From the NCBI GenBank assembly GCA_907165135.1, contig OU015567.1:12400001-12464000 (forward strand): a stretch of DNA of 64,000 nt, written 5' to 3'. Shown here one piece after another: positions 24,909 through 34,921 of the stretch. Both the position numbers and the translations under genes were made by a program. The first letter of the stretch is position 1. Each line of letters opens with the position of its first letter. Below the pieces are notes generated by a model. It did not search any database and had not been told where the DNA came from. It worked only from the letters and a program-made list of their open reading frames with translations. The stretch is from Oikopleura dioica. Taxonomy: Eukaryota > Animalia > Chordata.

Positions 24909-27864
24909 ATGGTTCTCCTCGCAGAGAACGGATCGAAAGGTTTGCGCGTTTTCGATCTGTCGACAAACTACACGGAAGTGGAAGCTTTCAAACCTGAAAC
25001 TGGAAAAGGACCTGGTCCAATAATTCTCATTTATTAAAAACGAACTCATCTATTATCATAAAATCCTACCCACCAATCCCTTCTGCAGAAACTCTAAGAT
25101 TTGTTTTCATAAGAATATCTACAGAAAAAGGAAAGACAAATGAAGCTAGCTTTTTTAATCAGAAGGACGCGACCCATTCGAGTTATTTTGGACCCAATCT
25201 AAAGGTGTTAGACTTTTCGAATGGAGCCACTGTGGAAAGCTCTTCGCTTACTGTAATAATATCGAGACGATTGTGATCAACGTTGCTGACTGGTCCGTCG
25301 TTTCAAGAGTAAGAGAAGTAAATTGGTTTACTCCTTCTATTTTCACCCTTCAGCTTCCAATTTCCCGCGCTGTTTTCTTCAAATGGTCACCGAACGCCGA
25401 CCAGTTGGTCACTTTCCATCAATACTACGAGACAAAAGACAACCCGAATCCAGGCCCGAATGTGAAATTCTTCGCCATTCCTTCTGGTGAAGAAATGGGT
25501 GGTTTCATTCACCGGGGGTCTGTAGAAGGTTGGGAGCCAAACTGGACGTCTGATAGCAACTTCCTTCTTAGAAAGATCGGACCTCAACTAATGACTTATG
25601 CTCGCTCTTCTCCTACAACAGGTAAAGTCGAATTGTAATCAGCAGACTGTCAAATGACGGATTTCAGTGCTGAATAAACTGAAAGTGGACAACATCATGA
25701 CACACTCCGTTGCCCCTGGTCGACCCCCATACAAAGTAGCTGTCTTCGGAAAAAGCTCGAAAAAGGAGATCCTGCTTTTGTAAGAATTCATCGTCTACCA
25801 GAACTGAAAGACAAAATGGCACAGAAATGTTTTTACAAGGCCGATACTTGCGGTTTCTATTGGTCACCAAGGAAAGGGATGAAACTTAATTGAAAAGGCC
25901 TTGTTTTTGAAGATATAATTTTCTCCTCCCTTATTCAGTGGAAAAGATCTTCTAGCTTTGACGGCAACAGAAACTTCTAGCGAGTCGTATTATGGCGAAA
26001 ATACGCTGTATCTGCTGAATGCCCAGAAGGGAGAAAGCCAAACTGTTGAATTAAAGAAAAAGGGGCCTATTTATCACATCGAGTGGTCTCCCGATGGTGA
26101 TTTCTTCTGCGCTGTTTATGGATTTATGCCGGCCAAGGCAACGTTGTACGATAACAAGGGAAATATCAAATTTGACTATGGAACTGGCCCTAGAAATACT
26201 TGCCATTTCAATCCACAAGGTAGGTGTGTGGGAAAGAGGAACCTTTCGAATCCTTCTTAGGAAGTTTGCTGATGATCGCCGGCTTTGGGAATCTCCGAGG
26301 GAAGATGGAATGTTGGGATGTAAGGAAAAACGAGAAGATATCTGAACCTGAAGCTCCTGATACAACGAATTTCCACTGGTCACCAGGTCAGAATCAATAC
26401 GGGATTATCTAGGGCGGGCCGTTTCATGGCTTATTATTTAGATTAGACTTGCTAATCAACCATTCTCAGTTGTTAATTTACATTCGAATTATAAAAGAAA
26501 AAGTTAATTCAACTAAAAGTAGAGTCTTATCCCTTTTCATCAAGGCCGTTACCTGCTGTGCAAATGAATGATCCTCCATTTAAATATATTCATTTTTCGT
26601 AGATGGGGAGCATTATATATGGGCTACGACAGCGCCACGACTTCGCGTTGGCAATGGCTGGAAAATTTCGCACTATCACGGAGAACTAAAGCACGACAGC
26701 CCCTACCCGACTGGCGAAAAAGTCGAGCTGTGGTCGGTCGGTTTCCAGCCTAGCCCTCGCACACGTCAATTTGAAATAACGAAGCCATCCAAACAGCTGA
26801 TACAGAAACAAGCGGCCGAGAAGCCGAAAGGATACGTCCCGCCCCACGCGCGAGGACGCAAGGATTACAATGTAAGTCTCGTGATGTATTAAAACTGTAG
26901 AAATAATCCGCACGGCCTTTTGCCCCATCTTTAGCCCTTGACAAATTGGCATTTGAGTACTGATTCAAACGACTTTTCAGGCTAAAATCCGCGAAGACGA
27001 GAAACCCTCAGATCCAAACGCCGCCATCCAGGCGGTTATTGACGCAAAAAACAACCCAAAGAGTGGACAGCCGGCGCTGACCGCATCGCAATTGAAGAAT
27101 AAAAAGCGAAAAGAGGCCAAGGTAATGCATCATTGATACTCGCAGAGAGGATATTTTGAAAAGTTCGAGTTTTAATTGATAATTCATCATTCAATATTAT
27201 TGCATCTTTTTGCTGCGGAGAGATTCCGACACAAACTTTTAAAAAGAGAGTTTATCTGAGAACAGTAAAGTGAGAACTTAGACCTTTTATTGGTAAACAA
27301 TAATCTGAGCTTTAACAGTAGACAAAACTACAATATCTTTTATAAGTTATCTATTATCAAAAATTCTGCGATAGTACTCATATAATATGAGTCATATTAT
27401 ATGACTGAAATACCTGAATTTGGTTGTCCTAGACAGGGACCATTTTCTGTCGTTTTGAATATTAATGTGATTGAAAAAACGGCTCTATTTGTAACTGAAG
27501 ATTAATATATGAAAATGACCAATTTTCGCTGACAAAGAAAAATCTCTAGGTCTGTCAGTTTAGCAATTAAGCCTTATGCAAGGTTGGCGTAAACGTCTCT
27601 ATAAATCAATTCCGCTAGAAACGGCAAGCCGAAGAAAAAGCACAAGCAAAAGAAGAGGAAGCCAAGAAAATCTCGGAACCAACTGCTCCAACGAGCGGCA
27701 AAAGTGACGCCGAACGCGAAGCTCGCAAAATTCAAAAGAAGCTGAACGCAATCGAGGGGCTGAAAAAGCGCGTGGCAGCTGGAGAGACACTGGAAAAGGA
27801 TCAACTCGAGAAGATTAAGAATGAGGAAGCTTTGAGAGACGAATTGCAGAAATTGCAAATTTAA
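24909..27864 (+). CDS. EIF2A: Eukaryotic translation initiation factor 2A (WD40); apparent 1-nt frameshift at 25750-25764
   Basis: PYKVAVF, KGDPAFVRI, SYYGENTLY, GPIYHIEWSPDG, LLMIAGFGNLRG, TTAPRLRVGNG, and the C-terminal KKLNAIEGLK. Confidence 0.93.
25009..25204 (+). other. GA-AG intron with terminal stem (eIF2A intron 1)
   Basis: Yields ETGKGVRLFEWS, gapless against the remembered human N-terminus. Perfect ggtccaa/ttggacc stem (25014-25020 and 25188-25194). Confidence 0.75.
25872..25938 (+). other. GA-AG intron with terminal stem (eIF2A)
   Basis: Keeps the conserved W-S-P-S-G. Arms 25874-25884 and 25922-25932 pair at 9 of 11 positions. Confidence 0.8.
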
Positions 27865-28063
27865 TCTTTCAACTCTTAATTTAGTTGAAAATCGCAAGAA
27901 AGATTTAGTTATAATTTTGTTAAAATTGAAAAGTTAACTGCCGTTTTCTAAATGTTCAAACTTTGAACTTCAAAGTTCATGTTCCATCCATTGATTCATG
28001 CAAACAGAGGAAATGCAAAATTGCAATCAAGGAAAAGAATAACCAACGAATTCATTTTAGAGG

Positions 28064-28621
28064 ATGCAAATGCTGCGCTGTCTAAAGAGAGCCAGCTCAA
28101 GTTATATTCTATGCTCGCGGCTTCCTTGCGGGGCGCTGCAAAAAGCATCGTTTCAAACCGAGAAGATGGGACTCATGCCTAATGGAAAAATTGACACGTC
28201 AAAAATTAATGTGGAGATTATGGATTCGCAAGGAAATGATGCCATCGCTAATATTGCTGGAGCGGCGAGCAGACGGGTCCAAATAAAATTATCTTTGTAT
28301 CTTTTTTATAATTATTCACCAGAGTCCTTTTGTGAACCCATTAGTAGAGTTTTAATAAAGCGTTCTTATGGTCGGGTTACTTTTATACGAAGAGACAGCA
28401 AAGGACAGATTCTCGAGCAGCACGGATGGATGAAGGACTCGGCGCTCGGACACTTGTCTTTTTACTACCTTCACAATCCGATTTTCCAGGAGCTAGAGAA
28501 GGAAGAGATTGAAGAATCGATCTTTCAGTATGACATTGTTGAAGCGAGCCATTTGGGAATGCACATTGTCAACGCTAGAATTGTGGATAAAGGATCAGGA
28601 AAGTGGTTAGGAAGAGTTTAA
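28064..28621 (+). CDS. Hypothetical protein, possibly mitochondrial-targeted
   Basis: 185-aa ORF 200 nt after the eIF2A stop, with ttttag|aggATG context and an R/S-rich, acid-free N-terminus. Probable in-frame 48-nt intron at 28277-28324. Confidence 0.5.
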   Translation: MQMLRCLKRASSSYILCSRLPCGALQKASFQTEKMGLMPNGKIDTSKINVEIMDSQGNDAIANIAGAASRRVQIKLSLYLFYNYSPESFCEPISRVLIKRSYGRVTFIRRDSKGQILEQHGWMKDSALGHLSFYYLHNPIFQELEKEEIEESIFQYDIVEASHLGMHIVNARIVDKGSGKWLGRV

Positions 28622-29426
28622 ATCCGTCTAAGTACCATTTCGAGACCAAGGAGATCGTCTTAAGCTAAGACTCTTAGCTGCTATTAATCCGGTCTAGCCC
28701 AATAATCAGCCGACAAGTTATAATTTATCGTCTGATCTCAGTCTGACACGATTTTAATTGCCTTATAAATTGTCCATAAAGTCAACCCACAACCATTTCG
28801 CAAGAAAACACAGAGATACTTGAGAGCCAAGTAGAAATTCTCAGCGAGCCAAGAAAAGTGAACCGGTTCAAACCGAACAGTTCGCCCTTGAAATAATTGC
28901 CGCAGACAATCGATGGATATGGGTGCTAACAATGAAGGCTGTCAAATATAAATATTCAGTGTCAGAAAAAGAAAAAGCTGCAATAATGACTATTGTTTGA
29001 CGCACGAAAGAATGGTTGCGTTGCGTGTCCTTATTTTTATTTTTTGCCAAAATCTTGAACCGATCAAAAATCTTATCTTTGTTTTAAAAATAAACAAAAT
29101 TTAAAGAGATTAGAATATAAAGAGACAAAAATGGGTCAAAAGAACAAAAAGAAGAAGATATTTTTGTTTTATATCGGTTTGATTTATTTATAGCTTGGTG
29201 CAGATTATCATGTGGGGCAAAGATTGACCCCCGTTTTTTATCCGTTTATCTTGAGTGGTTTGCTCAGAATCACTATAGTGAGAAAAATCATTGCTGAGTT
29301 GATTATTTTGCCGCAGCCAGTGGCGTAATCTTATAAATTTGCTTTTAGAGAACAAAGTTGTTTTCGGTGAAATCGGAATTGAAAAAAAGGCTTTCATCCT
29401 GTTCCTTTTTAGAGATTCTTTAGAAC

Positions 29427-31742
29427 ATGGTCCAGGTACTATCTTTTTTAAAAGATCTTCTCGGAGATATTCCGCTTTCAGGACTACAAGAGCCCGGTTA
29501 AGGAGTATGAATACCCCTTTGAATATGTCATGGAAGCGTACCAGAGGAGATTTGGAGAAAACGGATGCCCAGATATTCCGATTATAAAAGAGATGGATGT
29601 GAAGGAAGAAACAGATGAGAATGGTATTCATAACATTTTGAGACGATGCAGGTGCGCAAAGAATTAACGTTTTAGCCATAAAATTTTTAATTTCCAGACT
29701 ACAGCCAGAAATCCCCGGAATGCTGCGGCGAATGATGGGAATCGATTCAATCTTCTTCTGCCAGAGAAATGTGCTTGATCGCAAGAAACGGACGCTCACG
29801 ATCACTGCATGGAACGAGTCATTCGACAACAAAGTAAAAGTCGAAGAGACTTGCAAATACTGGGCCGATGGGGACAATTTAACCAAGTTTACTCAAGAAG
29901 CGAAGTTGACAATATCTTCGTTTTGGGGCTTTGAATCGACGGTGGAAAAGCTTATGATTAGGCAATATACGGTAAGGGATCATACTTCGAGAATATGGCT
30001 ATGTGTGGATCGTGACGCTTCCGTTTAATTCTTTTTCAATTTGTTTTGTATTGAATTATTATGTCACTAGGTCTGATGATCGCAGCATCATAAAAATAGA
30101 ATAATTGCTTTGAGTTGTGAATTTCCCAAAGCGTCATGAATATTTTGGGAAGTTTTTTACTTTTTATAGAAATAGATGGAGTTTTTTTGTATTTTTTCCA
30201 CCCGTTTAATTTTATTTGTTCAGTATGTCATAAATATTGCTCAAAGAGCATGGTACGATATTAAAAATTACCTTTGATTGTTTGATTGATATCAACTTGT
30301 GACGCTTCTGAATGGAACCATATTCGTGACGTTTTGGGCCACATGTATAAAAATTCGTAAATGGAAAGATATAATTTAGATCTGTCAGCTTGATCTTGAT
30401 GCTATTTCCAATAAATCTAATACAATATTTAGTCGAGCATGAAACAAGGCAAGGAAATTCTTCAAAAACATTTGAAACAAATGAATATGGAAAAGTCGCC
30501 TGTAGACCGGCTCAAACCGCTTCTCCCATCCGAAATAAAAGGTAAAGCGAGTAATCTAGATGAATAATTAACGCAGTTTGAAGATATTGACAATATCTAT
30601 CTGGAGCGTTTTATCAATTCACGTGACGGTAATGTGGAACGGGCTGCCAGTGCGGCGAAGAAGTTCAACGAGGCGCGGAAAACATGGAACGTCTGCGAAT
30701 TGGAGAAAAAAGAGTGCCCGCAAGAGTGGTCAAATAATTTCGATGGCAAATGGCTTGGGCTCGATAATGAAGGTAAAAATCCACATTTTGGCGATGGAAT
30801 GTTGACGGTGTTGATATTTAGGCGGACCAGTGTTGGTGCTGCCCCTGGGCAAAATTGGTGTTCGCACAATTCAAAAGAGTCTAAAAGAGGAAGATATCAT
30901 CAGAGAGATCATCAAACTCATCGAGCATCGACCAAATCCTCATGTTCAATTCTCAGCACTTATTGATTGCGATGATGTTTGTCTACGACAGGTACAAGTT
31001 TAATCAAAGATATAGAAAAGTTCATTTTTTTCCTTGTTACGTCACGTCATCTTTGGACAACTGTTTATAAATTCAACTATTGATTAAAGGGGTTAGCTTT
31101 AATTTGTATTCTAGGGATGGGTATCTCGACCGGTGATAGACACAATGCTCAAGCTCTCAGAAGTTCTGGCTCACCTTTTTCCGGACAGTTTACGACGCGT
31201 CCTTCTCGTCCGAGCTCCAGCTCCGTTCACAGCTGTTTGGTCCGTTGTTTCACCTCTCATCGATGAAAAAACGCGCGCCAAAGTGTGGCTTTACTCCGGA
31301 AGCGACAACAGCAAGAATCTACGAAAGTTTTTGCAGACAAATGCTATTCCAACCTGGCTGGGTGGAGAAGCGCCGTTTGACTCGTCTTTCGGAAACAAGA
31401 ACAAAGATACAGATAGTGGGTATGTCAAAGTGACTTTACCTTACGAAGAAACTGTAACTGGATTACCGGGCTCGATGGTCCACTGGGATGTTTCGCGGAA
31501 CGAACACACGGCAATTACTGGTATAATTTCATTTCCTTTTATTTTTATTATCGAAAACGTTTAGGCTTTACGGTTAACGGAAAAACAGAAGTCGGCGATG
31601 TCTGTGGAGCCGTAGATCTCGACAAAAAATCAGGTAATTAGCACTTGTTACTTTTATTTCGTTGTTTTGATGTTTTTCTTTTGCAGTAGCAGATTTCGGT
31701 ACACTGAAGTGCAGCCAAAATAGCAGTGAGAAAAGTAAATAA
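29427..31742 (+). CDS. SEC14L1: PRELI/MSF1 + CRAL-TRIO lipid-binding protein (SEC14L1/real-time type)
   Basis: MVQ|DYKSPVKEYEYPFEYVMEAYQRRF, SFWGFESTVEKLMIRQYT and RAPAPFTAVWSVVSPLIDEKTRAKV...IPTWLGG. Confidence 0.85.
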
Positions 31743-32759
31743 GCACACACTTTTTGAACTTGGTGAAATTAGAGAACAAACAAGGTGTATTTTTAAAGAA
31801 GCACGCTAGAATGCATGAACTAATACTGTTATGAAGGATTTACTAATAGTATTATTTCTCGTGTTTCTTCTATGAATAAGCTGGTGATCAGAACACTAAT
31901 GAACAAAACATTTTCTTAATTTTTACGATTTTTTAGTCGTTTTCAAATGGGAAGGCAGCGGAGAAATGGGACTTTTCATCGCCGTCTTGCCACCAGAAGA
32001 TCTCCGCGGATCAATTAGCTCGCTGGACTCCTTCCAATCGGGCTTCTCGTTATTATCAGTCTGAATATTAGAAGTACTACAGTTACTGTAAAAACTCTGA
32101 AACAACTCAAACTTCTACTAACAAGCCACCATATCACCTCACAGAGAGATCGCTCTGTCTGATGCAATAAATCTCACAAATACCTTCCAACTGATCTTGC
32201 CCCTCTGTCACTAACCATTTTCTTCTTCTTCTAACAACAATTTCTTCTTCTCAAACTGCTTGTCTATAAAACGAAATATATATTTATCTGCAAAAAATAT
32301 TTATCGTTCTACTCATTTTAATGCATTTTCGAAACCCCCTTAGACATACATTTATGGATTGATAGATATTTTTTGCTCACAAAGATAGACAAGTAATTCA
32401 AAGCCCTCTTTTCCAAGCCCTTCTTTACCTGTTCGAATCCTTCAAGGTTAAATTTGTCTATTTGCTTATTAACCTATTTATCTTCCTTTTGCTAGATAAC
32501 TACTTATATCTTAATTATAACGAATGACGTAAAAAGATATATTAACCTCGTTGTCTTCATATTATTTCTCTGAAGTTCAACCTTCCTAGTTTATTTCTGG
32601 TGTTTCTCTTCTCGTAAACGTTTTCTACTTTACCGAAGTTTTAGAACCTACAGAATATTTTATTCAACAACTCGTTCTTCTTTTCTTAACAAATTTTGTT
32701 CTGAATAAATAATACCTTCTTGCAATACTTCTTTCTCATCGTCTTTGGTTGTAGATGAG

Positions 32760-34577
32760 ATGACGACCTCGAATCAGGCTATTTACAAAGAGCCCAGAAC
32801 AGTTGTACTAGTAAAGACAGATACAGGCTTTGGCTTTAATGTGCGAGGCCAAGTCAATGAAGGTAAAATGATCAAACCTTCCGTCAGGTTCTTACATTCC
32901 TTTTTTTTCTTGAAGGAGGTCAGTTGAAATCTATCGGAGGAAAACTCTACGGGCCTCTACAACATGTCTCCGCGGTGCTACAAGGCGGTGCAGCGGAAAA
33001 AGTCGGCGTCCGGCCAGGCGATAGAATTATTGAAGTTAATGGAAATCGAGTGGAAGGAGCTACCCACTCGCAAGTCGTCAATTTGATTAGGCAAGGAGGA
33101 GATTCTCTTTCGCTGACGGTATGAAGCCATTTTTATCTGATAGATTGCACGTGTTTTTTTATTTAGATTCTTTCCGTTCCGCCCGGAGAGGCATCACGAC
33201 TTGATCCAGATGATGATCAGTTTTACGACTACACAGATCGAGCACCACTAAATATCAAGATCCCTTCATATTCTCATTCAGCGGACGGCAGTTTTGTTCA
33301 ATTTCACGTTCATCTCAATGATGAGCTTGTAGCTCTGAGGTATGAGCGAGTAAATAACCTAATTCCTAAATTAATCAAAAAGGCGTTACTCTGAATTCGT
33401 CGCGTTAGGCGCACAAATTCAACGATTATTTCCCGATCTTCCTCTGCCACCTCTTCCGGGCAAGTGGCTCTTCAAAATGAATGCATCACAACTTACAAAA
33501 CGTAAAATGGGCCTAGAAGCTTGGCTCAACGAGGTTAGTAGAAATGATATTTCTAGCGCCCTAAGAATTGAACTACTCAGGTTCTCGCTGTGCGAGTTGT
33601 CCACAACGCCGAACCAGTGGAAAAATTTCTTCAAAAAGATGGAGGCAGTAAACAGAGCTTCCAGCGATACGTAGTTCTGCCTGGTAATCAAAAATGTAGT
33701 TATTGTTGTTTTGAAAGAGTTGTTTATAGACGGGAGCCACTATCCAGTGACTGGACAAACAACCGTCGGCGATGCGTTGGAAAACGCGCTCAAACGAATT
33801 GGCCTCGGTTCGGAGTGGTCTGCCGCGCTGCAGCTTTTCTACAGAGATCATGATGGCGTTTTGTGTAGATTCACGAAGCCAGAAGTCATCCCAAATCAAA
33901 ATGAGATCTTCCTGAGGTTGTTTTTGCTCTCTCCAGAACTTCTGCAAATTCTTATCGAAGACAAGAGCTTTCGAAAAGTACAGTTACTTGTAATCGACAG
34001 TTAAAGATGTGCATTTTTTAGATTTTGTTACAACTAGCAGCGCAAGAAGCGAATCCAGTAGCAAAGGAGCGGCTGAATGCAACCCAAGAGCATTCAGGCA
34101 AGCTGATCGAGGAAATCAAGGATTCTGAAAATGATTTGCGTCTTCAAGAAGCAAAATTCCCTCCAGTTGGATGCGATCGCCGTGCACCACCAGCGAAAGT
34201 CGGGATTAATTTGTTCCAGTCGCAGCTAGAAATTGTTGCTTATAACGGGGATGAGGGTGAGTTCAGGTCTCATTTCTACTGTTTAACCTTTTCTACAGCT
34301 GAGGGAAACAAAATTGCTCTTGATTGGGCTGATGTGACGGAGTTTTGCTCTCACAAAGACGGTCTAGCGATCAAGTACAAAAGAAAAGAGAGTGAAAAAG
34401 GGCTCAAAGTTTTCCTTGTTCAGTCTGAAATTGCTGTTGATGTTTACTCAAGAATACAGGTCAATTCTTCTTATCGAAAGGGAATTTTCACGTCCATTTT
34501 AGCTTGAGAAAAAAGTCGAGGAACAACTCGACAGTCAGCCGCTTCCAGAGTCCGTCTTGCGTTTGCTATCTACATGA
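32760..34577 (+). CDS. SNX27: Sorting nexin 27 (PDZ-PX-FERM-like)
   Basis: [39 protein letters not shown], and the PX motif RRYSEF...LPGKWLF. Confidence 0.85.
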
Positions 34578-34921
34578 TAGAATAAAACAGAATCAAAACA
34601 GCATTTTGTGTAGCAAAAATTGTTTCAGAAGCCCTTATTCATTCTTACATTCATCCATTTCATCCAGATATCATTTATCACTACAGTTACAGGTTTCCTC
34701 CGTGACTGACTACAGAAATTGTCTTCAATGCGTCCACGAGTTCAAGCTTTTATACAAAATCGCTTTAGTAAAAAAAAAAAAAGTAATTCTGCTCGCTCTC
34801 CCCACTCTCCATCACACAACAAATAAGAAATACTGTTACATACTGTTAAATGAGTACCTTACCTATTTCCATTCAATACGTCTCTGATTACTTCACATTA
34901 TCTCTTTTACCAACTGTCAGA

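Noticed and set aside
27460-27535. snoRNA-like boxes (gtgattga...ctga) in the last eIF2A intron
   Set aside because: Degenerate C box, no terminal stem and no recognisable rRNA guide.
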